From Dehalococcoidia bacterium (GTDB taxonomy: Bacteria; Chloroflexota; Dehalococcoidia; GIF9; AB-539-J10), in the NCBI GenBank assembly GCA_035530115.1, contig DATKVL010000109.1, positions 1 to 46,197 of the forward strand: a stretch of DNA of 46,197 nt, read 5' to 3'. Positions 24,818 to 33,726 of this stretch are shown here, one piece after another; position 1 is the stretch's first letter, and the number at the start of each line of letters is the position of its first letter. The notes beneath the pieces are model-generated. The model saw only the letters and a program-made list of their open reading frames with translations. It did not search any database and was not told the origin of the DNA. Both the position numbers and the translations under genes were made by a program.

Positions 24818-24846
24818 GTGCTATGTGGATTTAATCCATACAGCAC
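24818..24846 (-). promoter_or_regulatory. 29-bp quasi-palindromic motif, copy M6, between the divergent promoters
   Basis: Minus strand reads gtgctgtatgGATTAAATCcacatagcac. Flanked by two TTAGCAC repeats (24794-24800 and 24808-24814). Confidence 0.75.
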
Positions 24847-24853
24847 AGGCCAA

Positions 24854-24869
24854 GATCACTGAGGTGATC
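24854..24869. promoter_or_regulatory. Perfect palindrome GATCAC-tgag-GTGATC, a candidate operator
   Basis: Read directly from the sequence. Lies between M6 and P_R. Confidence 0.4.
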
Positions 24870-24925
24870 CACTGGGCGAGGTTCAGAATTGCTAACTAGT
24901 AGCCTACTATGTGCCAAATGATGCC

Positions 24926-24954
24926 TTGATTTATTCCTATGAGCATGGTAAAAT
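24926..24954 (+). promoter_or_regulatory. Rightward promoter P_R (TTGATT-N17-TAAAAT)
   Basis: TTGATT at 24926-24931 and TAAAAT at 24949-24954. GGAGG SD and the ATG at 24978 follow. Confidence 0.6.
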
Positions 24955-24977
24955 GGATTCACAATTGGAGGACTTTT

Positions 24978-25592
24978 ATGTCTAGTGTTATCACAAATAC
25001 TGTCATCAATGCTGCTGGGCAGGAGGTAGTGTACTCTTATCCAGGGGATAGGTATCTACAGCCTGATCGTAAGGATGCCCGTAGGATTGAGAATAAAACT
25101 GCGCCTGGTGAAGTTGCTAAGAAGAAGGGATGGCAAGTAGCTGAGATGTGGGATAGGCATCATGAGATTGCTAGGAGGATTATCCTCGGGCAGAATAACC
25201 AAGAGATTGGTGAAGCTCTTAATGTAACTGCTCAACAGGTTTCCAATGTTAGGAACTCTCCGGTGGTGCAGGATAAGATCACCATCATGAGGGCGGCTCG
25301 TGATGCTGGGACTATCGACCTGGCGAAGGATATTGCTGACCTAGCTCCTATCGCTCTTCAAAGAGTGAGGGAAGCTCTGGAGACTGGTCAAGTTCTTGGC
25401 CGTGAGCTGAGCGGGTCTTCCATTATGAAGGAAGCGAACAATCTGATGGATCGTGAGATTGGGAAACCTACTCAGAGGATTGACACTAGAAATGTCCATG
25501 GGCATTTTACGTTGGATGATATAGAAAGGATTAAAGAGAGAGCTAGAGAACTAGCTGGATTTTCAGGTCAGATGGCTATTGAACCAGGATGA
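24978..25592 (+). CDS. HTH DNA-binding protein (possible small terminase subunit or late regulator)
   Basis: Sigma-r4/LuxR-like HTH NQEIGEALNVTAQQVSNVRN. GGAGG SD before MSSVITN. The track start at 24939 lacks an SD. Confidence 0.55.
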   Translation: MSSVITNTVINAAGQEVVYSYPGDRYLQPDRKDARRIENKTAPGEVAKKKGWQVAEMWDRHHEIARRIILGQNNQEIGEALNVTAQQVSNVRNSPVVQDKITIMRAARDAGTIDLAKDIADLAPIALQRVREALETGQVLGRELSGSSIMKEANNLMDREIGKPTQRIDTRNVHGHFTLDDIERIKERARELAGFSGQMAIEPG

Positions 25593-25981
25593 AACTGATT
25601 ATGAGTAAGTTATTTGCCCCTGACCAGTATTGGAAGTTGACACCAGAAGCTCGTGCTAATGCTACGAATGGATGTGGTACGAGAGGGGTCATTGGTATAC
25701 TGGTTCCAGATACAATCTATGGACTATGTATTACTCCAGCTTGTAATATCCACGATTGGATGTATATCTGTGGGGCCACATTAGAGGATAAAAATGAAGC
25801 GGATCGAGTTTTCTTAAACAATATGCTTCGGTTAATAGATGATGGCTGTAGTTGGAAATGGCTGAAGCTATTGAGAATTCGACGAGCAAAGATATACTAT
25901 CAAGCAGTACATTTATGTGGTGGGCCAGCATTTTGGGCTGCTAAGAATAAGCCAGAATCCTTAGGGTATAGTAATGGATGA
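25589..25981 (+). CDS. PLA2-like/DUF1353-like His-Asp motif protein
   Basis: CNIHDWMY...ADRVFLNNM resembles the CxxHDxxY...D core of PLA2. ATGA coupling. Sits in the lysis cluster. Confidence 0.35.
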   Translation: MKLIMSKLFAPDQYWKLTPEARANATNGCGTRGVIGILVPDTIYGLCITPACNIHDWMYICGATLEDKNEADRVFLNNMLRLIDDGCSWKWLKLLRIRRAKIYYQAVHLCGGPAFWAAKNKPESLGYSNG

Positions 25982-26249
25982 TCTGATTCAATCTGGAGGT
26001 ATTGGAGGAATTGGCGCACTCTTTGGAGCTCTCTTAGCTTGGGCAGGATTTAGAGAAAGACTTGCTGTAGGGGAAGATAGAGCAATTCAACTTGAGAAAG
26101 ATGTAGTATATAAAGATACTTGTACTGTGTGTCAGAAGGATTCAGACCACAGGTTTAAAGATATAACTGATAGATTATCCAGAGTAGAGACTTCCATTGA
26201 TAAGGGGTTCTCTGATTTATCCACTCTTGTGAAGGAGTTAGCAAAATGA
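25974..26249 (+). CDS. Single-TM holin or i-spanin-like protein
   Basis: N-terminal TM GGIGGIGALFGALLAWAGF followed by a coiled coil. Directly upstream of the amidase. Confidence 0.5.
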   Translation: MDDLIQSGGIGGIGALFGALLAWAGFRERLAVGEDRAIQLEKDVVYKDTCTVCQKDSDHRFKDITDRLSRVETSIDKGFSDLSTLVKELAK

Positions 26250-26653
26250 GATCCATCAATTTAATAGTCATTCATTGCGCAGATACTCCATCAACTATGG
26301 ATATTGGTACTGATGAGATTCGTCAGTGGCACATTAAAGAGAGGGGCTGGAAAGATATTGGCTATCACTATGTGATTCGTAGGAATGGTACTGTAGAGTT
26401 TGGTCGAGATCTTGAAGTGGCAGGTGCTCATGTAGCAGGCCATAATGCTCACAGTATTGGAGTATGTCTTATAGGTGGTAAGCCTAAAGCTAATTACACC
26501 ATTGAGCAGTGGGCCTCTCTTGCCAAGTTGATTGAGGGTCTTAAGTTTACTTACAAAAATGCAGAAGTTCTTGGTCACTGTGACCTTGATAAGAATAAGA
26601 CTTGTCCACAGTTCGATGTTAGATCATGGTGGAATACTATTATGAGGTTCTAA
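26246..26653 (+). CDS. N-acetylmuramoyl-L-alanine amidase (T7 lysozyme/PGRP type) endolysin
   Basis: IVIHCADTP, GYHYVIRRNG, GAHVAGHNAHSIGVCLIGG, GHCDL..KTCPQFDV. Confidence 0.9.
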   Translation: MRSINLIVIHCADTPSTMDIGTDEIRQWHIKERGWKDIGYHYVIRRNGTVEFGRDLEVAGAHVAGHNAHSIGVCLIGGKPKANYTIEQWASLAKLIEGLKFTYKNAEVLGHCDLDKNKTCPQFDVRSWWNTIMRF

Positions 26654-26980
26654 ATGTCTAACACAGTTGTAGTTGGTGAGAGTTTTATCAATGTGACATT
26701 GGATGGGGCTACGGCTTTCGATATTACTTCTGCAACTTTGGGGTTGGCAGATGGGGCTAGGGTAAATGGGATTAGAGCAAAGTCCCTACAGTTTGTCCCG
26801 GCCGCTACTGATAATATTCTTACTGTACGTGAAGGTAGTGCCTCTGGCCCTGTGATCTTCAAGTGTAAAGCAGCCAATGCATATGACCTTAAGCAACTTT
26901 CCTTGACGGGTAAACCTCAGAAACTTTATATAACAGGTAATGAAGCTACAGCTACAGTAATGCTTATTGTGGAAATTTAA
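26654..26980 (+). CDS. Hypothetical beta-rich protein (108 aa)
   Basis: GAGG SD. TAATG coupling to TerL. Confidence 0.6.
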   Translation: MSNTVVVGESFINVTLDGATAFDITSATLGLADGARVNGIRAKSLQFVPAATDNILTVREGSASGPVIFKCKAANAYDLKQLSLTGKPQKLYITGNEATATVMLIVEI

Positions 26981-28497
26981 TGAACCCTAATCAAGACTCA
27001 GGGTTAGATGAAGTCCTAGCACATTGTATTCTGGATGTTAAGGTCTTTTGTAAGGTGATCTTTCCAGATATATTCTATGCTGACTTCTCCACCCTACATG
27101 ATCAGATATTTGAGTTGATCAATGCAGGTCATAAGAGAATTGCTATTGCAGCTCCTCGTGGTATTGGTAAGACTTCTATAGCCCGGGCTGTAGTAATGAG
27201 GTCGATTCTATTTCGACTTCACTCATTTATCGTATATATGAGTAATTCAGCCACTAGTGCTGAAATGCAGACGGAGAATGTTAAGAGGGATCTTCTCAGT
27301 AATCAGCAAGTAAAACAGATGTTCGGGAATATCAAGGATGCTATTGGTACTGATAAAGGGATGGATGAGAGCTTTGCTAAGAGTGCTTGGACTGCTTATG
27401 GATCAACATTCATTCTACCTCGTGGTGCAGGTCAACAGGTACGTGGACTCAACTGGGCTAATCATCGCCCGGAGTTAGTTATCATTGATGACTTGGAAGA
27501 TAAGAATGAGATCAAGAGTGAGGAGAATAGGAAGAAGCTGAAGGAATGGTTTCACTCAGACTTGATGAAGACAGAGGATAAATACTCAGAGGGGTGCGTA
27601 TTCATTTACATAGATACCATCAAACATGAGGATTCTCTCCTGGTTGATTTAATAGAATCTCCCGAGTGGGCATCTGTTCAGTTGTCCATCTGTGATGGGG
27701 ATTACAAGAGTTATGATCCCAACTATATGACAGATGAGGAGATTGCCAAGGAGGTTGAGGAACATAGGAGGCTGGGAACACTGGATGCCTTCTATATGGA
27801 GCGCATGAATATTCCTATATCCTCGGAAGATGCGGTCTTCAAGCAAGAGTACTTCAAGTACTTTGAAGATCAGATGGATAAGTTGAAGATTGGTGAGGAG
27901 GAGGTTAGGACTTATAATCTTCTTCACATTACCATAGTGGATCCTGCAAGAACAGTTAAATTGCAGAGTGCTGATTCGGCCATCCTTACTGTGGCCATTG
28001 ATAGGAAGAGTCGTCGCATATATGTCAGGGAAGTGACTAGTAGGAAGTTCTACCCTGATGAGTTATATGAGGAGATGTTCAGACAGGTGACTGTCTATGG
28101 GTCTTTCATTCTTGGTTACGACGCAGTGGGGTTGAGTAACTTTATAACCCAGCCGATTGAGAATGAGTGTAGGATCCGAAGTAAGCATCCCATGCTTATT
28201 GAGCTTCCTGCTAAGCGGAGTAAAGAGGAGAGAGTTGCCACTCTTGCCCCCCTCTACAAGATGGGATATGTGTATCATAACAAGAGTGGCTGCGGAAAGT
28301 TAGAGGGGCAACTCCTGGGGTTTCCCCGTAGTAAGTTGTGGGACGCGATGGATGCATTAGCTTACATCAACTACATCCTAGATAAGCATGCTATTTACTT
28401 TGACCCTTCAGATGATACTGAAGAAGCTCCCCCAGATGAAGATTATGCTTCATTGGAGTGCGAAGGCGAGATGGAAGATATGGGTCAGATCATTTGA
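26980..28497 (+). CDS. terL: Terminase large subunit
   Basis: Walker A AAPRGIGKTS and Walker B LVIIDDLED. C-terminal nuclease-sized domain. The portal gene follows. Confidence 0.88.
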   Translation: MNPNQDSGLDEVLAHCILDVKVFCKVIFPDIFYADFSTLHDQIFELINAGHKRIAIAAPRGIGKTSIARAVVMRSILFRLHSFIVYMSNSATSAEMQTENVKRDLLSNQQVKQMFGNIKDAIGTDKGMDESFAKSAWTAYGSTFILPRGAGQQVRGLNWANHRPELVIIDDLEDKNEIKSEENRKKLKEWFHSDLMKTEDKYSEGCVFIYIDTIKHEDSLLVDLIESPEWASVQLSICDGDYKSYDPNYMTDEEIAKEVEEHRRLGTLDAFYMERMNIPISSEDAVFKQEYFKYFEDQMDKLKIGEEEVRTYNLLHITIVDPARTVKLQSADSAILTVAIDRKSRRIYVREVTSRKFYPDELYEEMFRQVTVYGSFILGYDAVGLSNFITQPIENECRIRSKHPMLIELPAKRSKEERVATLAPLYKMGYVYHNKSGCGKLEGQLLGFPRSKLWDAMDALAYINYILDKHAIYFDPSDDTEEAPPDEDYASLECEGEMEDMGQII

Positions 28498-28499
28498 CC

Positions 28500-28528
28500 T
28501 TGCTACGTTGATTAAATCATTATAGCAA
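28500..28528 (+). promoter_or_regulatory. 29-bp quasi-palindromic motif, copy M7
   Basis: ttgctacgttGATTAAATCattatagcaa, lying 2 nt after the TerL stop and 12 nt before the portal ATG. Confidence 0.8.
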
Positions 28529-28540
28529 TCGGTGTGTACT

Positions 28541-30487
28541 ATGCCTCCAGTTCTAAGGGGAGAAGGTAATTATAGATCATCTAACCCGTCCATGGGAGTT
28601 AAGCATGAGTATGCTTATCCAGATGGATTGGATTTTACTCCTGGCTCTAAACTTCATAATCGCGTCAGAGATGAAGTTATGGAGAGGGCCTACAATAGTG
28701 CTAAGGTTATGTCTAGGAGACATGCTGCGTGGAATGAGATAGACTTCACTCTTACAGCCTACATCCCTGCAGATGAGAAGGAGAATCTTCTTAAGGAGAA
28801 GGATTCAAGAAAGCCTATCTCTGTAGTCTTTCCATACTCTTATACAGTATTGGAAACTCTTCTGAGTTACTATGTAGCGGCCTTTCTTCAGGAACCTATC
28901 TTCAGATATGAAGGTACTGGACCGAGTGATGTAATTGGAGCAATCCTTCTAGAAAAACTTATCAGCCTCCAGTGCCAAAAGAATAAGGTGGGGCTTAACT
29001 TACATACTCAAGCTAGAGATGCATTCTCTTATGGGTTTGGAGTTACTACCCCTACTTGGGTTACTGAGTATGGGAGGAAGTCTGTTAAAAAGACTTCTGG
29101 GGGATTCCTGGGATTTGGTAGTAAGACTACTACTGTAATGGAGAATCAACTTCTTTTTGAGGGGAATTCTCTTGAAAATATTGACCCTTATTTATATCTC
29201 CCAGATGTTAATGTCCCTATACATGAACCTCAAAGGGGGGAGTATGTAGGATGGTTGAACACTACCAACTACATGACTCTGTTGAGTGAAGAAAGGAATG
29301 ACTCAGACCTGTTCAATGTTAAGTATCTCAAACAGTTGAATGGGAGAAGATCGGGGATTATCTCTGGTGACAATACTGGTAGGAATACCAAGAGTGGTAT
29401 GTCCACTAGGGATCAATTTGCTGAGAGTACTTCCAGTGCTTTGGACAGGGTGAAAATGTTCGTTAGACTCATTCCTAAGGATTGGGGCCTGGGAGATAGT
29501 GAGTACCCTGAGATGTGGTACTTTGAACTTGGGTCTGATGAGATTGTACTACGGGCTAACCCAGCTAATCTAGATCACAATAAGTTCCCAGTGAGTGTAA
29601 TCGCCCCTGATTATGATGGATACTCATTGGCCCCCATCAGTAGGATAGAAATTCTCTACGGAATGCAAGGAGTCCTCGACTTCATGTTCAACAGTCATGT
29701 TGCTAATGTGAGGAAAGCCATTAACGATATGATTATCTACGATCCTTACCTAGTGAATAGTAATGATCTTAAGAACCCGGCTCCTGGAAAACTCATCAGA
29801 CTCCGTCGCCCAGCTTGGGGAAAGGGAGTTAAAGACGTCGCTCAACAGCTTGGGGTTTCGGACGTCACACGGGGAAACATTGCTGATTCAACATGGCTCG
29901 TACAGTGGATGGATCGGATTTCTGGAGCCGATTCCGCTATGTCAGGATCACTTAGGCAGGGAGGTCCTGATCGGCTTACTGGGACAGAATTCCAAGGTAC
30001 CCGCGCTGGAGGACTTAACAGGCTGGAGAGAATTGCTAAAGTAGTAGGTATGCAGGGCTTGCAAGATATAGGTATGTTCTTCGGCCATCATAACAAACAA
30101 ATGATGACTAATGAGAGTTATATTAAACTTGCTGGAGATTGGCAAGATGTTCTTCTCAAGGAATTTGAACAGTCTGTAGATCGTGGACGAGTCATTGTAA
30201 GTCCTGATCAGCTAGACATCAACTATAATGTAATGGTCAGGGATGGATCCATCCCAGGTGGAAACTACGCTGATACTTGGGTTCAACTATTTCAGATCCT
30301 AGGATCTAATCCTGAACTCGCGCAGAACTTTGATGTAGTACGTATCTTCACACATATTGCCCGTAACTTGGGTGCAAAGAACGTTAATGACTTTGTAAGG
30401 AAGGGTGGTAACATCCAACAGAAATCTATGTCGAATGAAGGAATTAGAAGTCAAGTTGATGCAGGTAACTTGGTGCCATTAACTTAG
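28541..30487 (+). CDS. Portal protein
   Basis: About 648 aa, immediately after TerL. The ATG at 28541 is preferred over the GTG at 28532. Confidence 0.75.
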   Translation: MPPVLRGEGNYRSSNPSMGVKHEYAYPDGLDFTPGSKLHNRVRDEVMERAYNSAKVMSRRHAAWNEIDFTLTAYIPADEKENLLKEKDSRKPISVVFPYSYTVLETLLSYYVAAFLQEPIFRYEGTGPSDVIGAILLEKLISLQCQKNKVGLNLHTQARDAFSYGFGVTTPTWVTEYGRKSVKKTSGGFLGFGSKTTTVMENQLLFEGNSLENIDPYLYLPDVNVPIHEPQRGEYVGWLNTTNYMTLLSEERNDSDLFNVKYLKQLNGRRSGIISGDNTGRNTKSGMSTRDQFAESTSSALDRVKMFVRLIPKDWGLGDSEYPEMWYFELGSDEIVLRANPANLDHNKFPVSVIAPDYDGYSLAPISRIEILYGMQGVLDFMFNSHVANVRKAINDMIIYDPYLVNSNDLKNPAPGKLIRLRRPAWGKGVKDVAQQLGVSDVTRGNIADSTWLVQWMDRISGADSAMSGSLRQGGPDRLTGTEFQGTRAGGLNRLERIAKVVGMQGLQDIGMFFGHHNKQMMTNESYIKLAGDWQDVLLKEFEQSVDRGRVIVSPDQLDINYNVMVRDGSIPGGNYADTWVQLFQILGSNPELAQNFDVVRIFTHIARNLGAKNVNDFVRKGGNIQQKSMSNEGIRSQVDAGNLVPLT

Positions 30488-30490
30488 ATC

Positions 30491-30696
30491 TCAAATCATG
30501 CTTATTCTTTTTCAAGGTGCTGTTGCTGTTGTATTATACTACTGCTGATGTAGGACAGTGGCCTGGCAAGCCCATGGTATTCTCATTGTGTACCTGCGAC
30601 GGGCATGTTAGATGCACATTTGGTATTCTCATCTTTATACGTGTTTGATGTAGGTTTTTTTAGCGAGCATTGGCGCGGAACGCACCATGCGAGCAT
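30491..30696 (+). ncRNA. Noncoding element B, candidate structured RNA and paralog of 18303..18490
   Basis: 229-bp gap between portal and the next gene. Blocks CTTATTCTTTTTCAA, GTTGCTGTTGTAT, AGTGGCCTGGCA, TCTCAT, TTAGAT and TGGTATTCTCAT are collinear with element A. Confidence 0.55.
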
Positions 30697-30716
30697 AGAA
30701 AAGTTTAAGGAGTCTT

Positions 30717-31019
30717 ATGGAACGTGAACTTAAAAATCTACCATTGAATCCAGTAAGAGACTATACACCTATCTCTTCACCTGGATCTATTGGAAGTTTT
30801 ATCGAAAGTACTATCCATATAGACTTCATCAATGAGTTAACTCTTCGTATCGAGCAACTTAGAGATTATAATGAAGTTTGTGATAGTAAGAAGTATCTTG
30901 AAACACGTGGGGCCATAGCAGCTTTAAGACTTGTAGGGGATATATTCCAAGACTTGATGCAAAATGCTATGACTGATAACACTACTCCAAATGAAGAGGA
31001 AATTGAAGATGAACCTTGA
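30717..31019 (+). CDS. Hypothetical acidic protein (100 aa)
   Basis: AAGGAG SD 5 nt upstream. Confidence 0.65.
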   Translation: MERELKNLPLNPVRDYTPISSPGSIGSFIESTIHIDFINELTLRIEQLRDYNEVCDSKKYLETRGAIAALRLVGDIFQDLMQNAMTDNTTPNEEEIEDEP

Positions 31020-31911
31020 TGAGAATGGTAATCCTATTGTGGAAGCACCGGCCACTGACAATACGGATTCCACAGGTATGGGAAATGTAGAAGTAATTGC
31101 AGAATTGTTTAGTGATGGTGCAGCTGCTGATGCGACACCTTATACTATAGAATCTGCTGATAAACCCTCAGATGCAGCACTCGCTACAGATGTAACGCCT
31201 TCGGGTAAAGAGCCTGTGGAGAGTACTACTGTGACTGAAACTCCAGCAACTACTGCGACAGAAGGTGCAACTCCTCCTGCTCCAACCACTACTACTCCTG
31301 AACTTAGTGAGGTAGAAGCACTTAAGAAGCAGATTGAGACCTTAACCACTTTGGTGGATACGATGTCTGGAACTGCTAAGGTTGTTCCTACTACAACTGA
31401 GACTCCAGCAGTAGAAGTAAAAATTTCAGAACTTGATGATCTTTTCAAGGATATGGATTTCGACTCAGTTATGGAGTCTAAAGAAAACTTCGTAAAGTTC
31501 TTCAAAGATGCTATGGCTGTAGTTAAAGAACATGCAAAACAAGAAACCTTGGTTAATCTTCCTAATGTTGTTGGAGATTTTGTTCAACGCCAAACTAGCA
31601 TTAGGGATGTAGCAACTGAGTTTTATACTACATATCCTGAACTTAAGAAAGTAAAACAGTATGTGGCGCATGTAGCTAATACAGTATCTGCTGAACAACC
31701 CGAGTGGAATATTAGTCAGGTACTTATTGAAGCAGCTAAACGTACTAAGGAAACTCTTAATTTACAGGCTGTTGTAGAGGATGTAAGTACAGAGAAGACT
31801 GATACTACTAAACATAAGCCTTCTCTTCCTGGAGGGACTCAGAGTTCTAAAACTCCTAAGGCCCCTTCTAATGGATTTCAAGATGAGATCAACGATTTAA
31901 TTACTGATTAA
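31009..31911 (+). CDS. Putative scaffolding protein
   Basis: Acidic, Ala/Thr/Glu-rich, predicted helical. Lies between portal and capsid genes. GAGGA SD before the ATG at 31009. Confidence 0.5.
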   Translation: MNLDENGNPIVEAPATDNTDSTGMGNVEVIAELFSDGAAADATPYTIESADKPSDAALATDVTPSGKEPVESTTVTETPATTATEGATPPAPTTTTPELSEVEALKKQIETLTTLVDTMSGTAKVVPTTTETPAVEVKISELDDLFKDMDFDSVMESKENFVKFFKDAMAVVKEHAKQETLVNLPNVVGDFVQRQTSIRDVATEFYTTYPELKKVKQYVAHVANTVSAEQPEWNISQVLIEAAKRTKETLNLQAVVEDVSTEKTDTTKHKPSLPGGTQSSKTPKAPSNGFQDEINDLITD

Positions 31912-31924
31912 TAAGGAGACAGTT

Positions 31925-32701
31925 ATGGTTGGCGAAGGTGGATTTATTGATAATTTGATGAAAGGGGATCTTAAAGTTCCTGGTGCTATCAAGCAGGGTA
32001 ATGAAGCTAGGTATTGCTTCGAGGAATTTAAAGTTCAGCCCGTCTGTCAGGTAGTAAATGCAACTACTGCTAATCCCAGTGGTACTGCCGATACTGCAAA
32101 TACTGCACAGTTTGGTACTAATGTATTTGAGTATGTAGCTAAAGGTACTCAGACTATTATCGGTCTAGGATCTCTAGCTGCTACTGGCTGTAGTGTATCT
32201 GGTGACCAGGCAGATAATGATGGTAGAGAAATTAACTTTGCTGCGGGTATTACTGCTCGGGCTATTCGCTCTTATACTGTAGGTCGGGCCTTTTTCGCTC
32301 GCCTTAAATTCAGTATTGCAGTAGTAGCCGGTACTGACGACTGTGCATTTGGTTTTCGTAAAGCTGAAGCATACCAGACCAATCTGGATGATTATGATGA
32401 AATGGCAGTTCTCAACGTAATCAGTGGTGATATTAAGATTGAAACTATTCTTAATGCTGCTACTACTACTACTACTGCCACTACTGAGAATTGGGCAGAT
32501 ACTGAAACCCATGAACTTAGAGTAGATGTAGCTGTTGATGGTAGTGTAACCTTTGCAGTAGATGGCGCTGAACCTTCTGTAGTATCTACCTTCTCTTTCG
32601 ATGCTGGAGAAGTAGTAATTCCGTTTATGTTCTTCTTGCAGGCCAATGCTTCGCAGACCGGCGCTATTGTTCTTAGTGAATTTGAAAGCTCTTACGTGTA
32701 A
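31925..32701 (+). CDS. Virion structural protein (258 aa, possible capsid accessory or decoration)
   Basis: AAGGAGA SD. Position in the head module. Confidence 0.5.
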   Translation: MVGEGGFIDNLMKGDLKVPGAIKQGNEARYCFEEFKVQPVCQVVNATTANPSGTADTANTAQFGTNVFEYVAKGTQTIIGLGSLAATGCSVSGDQADNDGREINFAAGITARAIRSYTVGRAFFARLKFSIAVVAGTDDCAFGFRKAEAYQTNLDDYDEMAVLNVISGDIKIETILNAATTTTTATTENWADTETHELRVDVAVDGSVTFAVDGAEPSVVSTFSFDAGEVVIPFMFFLQANASQTGAIVLSEFESSYV

Positions 32702-32715
32702 GGAGGAGGTAATCA

Positions 32716-33711
32716 ATGAGTCTTTTAGGTAGGCTAGCTAAATTTGGTCTTAATCCTTGGGGAGCTCCAGTAGCATCTTCGCTGGCAGGAACCTCAGGAC
32801 AGATCTTGGTTCTTATGCGCGATAAGGATAAAAAGATCCTTATGGCTACAGGTACTGATGTACCTTCAAATGCAACTGCTGGATATGCAAAAGGGTGCAT
32901 ATTCATAGATCGTAATGTAGCTACAGGTATTACTGGTCTCTATGAGAATATTGGGACTAACTCTTCCTGTAACTTTAATGCTATCGGAGCGATTTCAGCA
33001 GGTGAAATCACCCTAGCTACTGGCAGTATTCTTCTTGGTACTGCTGGAGTGGCTGCAGCTCTTGATGGTAAGGGTGATGGTAAAATCCTAGTAGGTAATG
33101 GAACTACTATGACTAGTGTAGCTCTTAGTCAGGATGTTACTATTAATAATGCAGGTGTAGCTACCATTGCTAAGATTAATAATCTGGCAACTGCTGCTGA
33201 GGTAAATGGAGTATGTGACGGTAATACGGCCACTGCTGCTGAGATTGTCAGAACTTGTGATCTCACTGGTAGGGTAGTTACTCTAACAGATACTGGAGCA
33301 ATTACAGAAGTTCTTCATGAAGGTCGAGTATGTATGCTTGGGGAAGTAGGCGGCAATGCTCTCGTTACTCTCACTCTTCCTGAAGCTACTGGAAGTGGGG
33401 CACGATACAAGTTTATCGTAAGTGTCCTTAATACCTCAAGTTATGTAATTGTTGTAGCGGATACAACTAATGCTAACTTCATAGGTAATGTAATCAATCA
33501 AGATGCTGATCTTGTAGGTACTATTGCTGCGATTATGTACCCTGCTCCTGCTAATGCAGATACCATCACTCTTAATGGAACTTCTACTGGTGGGCAACTT
33601 GGAGATTTCATCGAATTGGTTGACGTAGCAGCTGATGTGTGGGCAGTAAATGGTGTTGTATCTTGTCCGGCTGGTTCTGATACTGCCTCGCCGTTTAGTG
33701 CGGCAGTCTAA
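32716..33711 (+). CDS. Virion structural protein (331 aa, possible capsid decoration or fibre)
   Basis: AGGAGGAGG SD. Gly/Thr/Ala-rich beta-type sequence. Position in the head module. Confidence 0.5.
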   Translation: MSLLGRLAKFGLNPWGAPVASSLAGTSGQILVLMRDKDKKILMATGTDVPSNATAGYAKGCIFIDRNVATGITGLYENIGTNSSCNFNAIGAISAGEITLATGSILLGTAGVAAALDGKGDGKILVGNGTTMTSVALSQDVTINNAGVATIAKINNLATAAEVNGVCDGNTATAAEIVRTCDLTGRVVTLTDTGAITEVLHEGRVCMLGEVGGNALVTLTLPEATGSGARYKFIVSVLNTSSYVIVVADTTNANFIGNVINQDADLVGTIAAIMYPAPANADTITLNGTSTGGQLGDFIELVDVAADVWAVNGVVSCPAGSDTASPFSAAV

Positions 33712-33726
33712 TCTAACTTTTAATGA

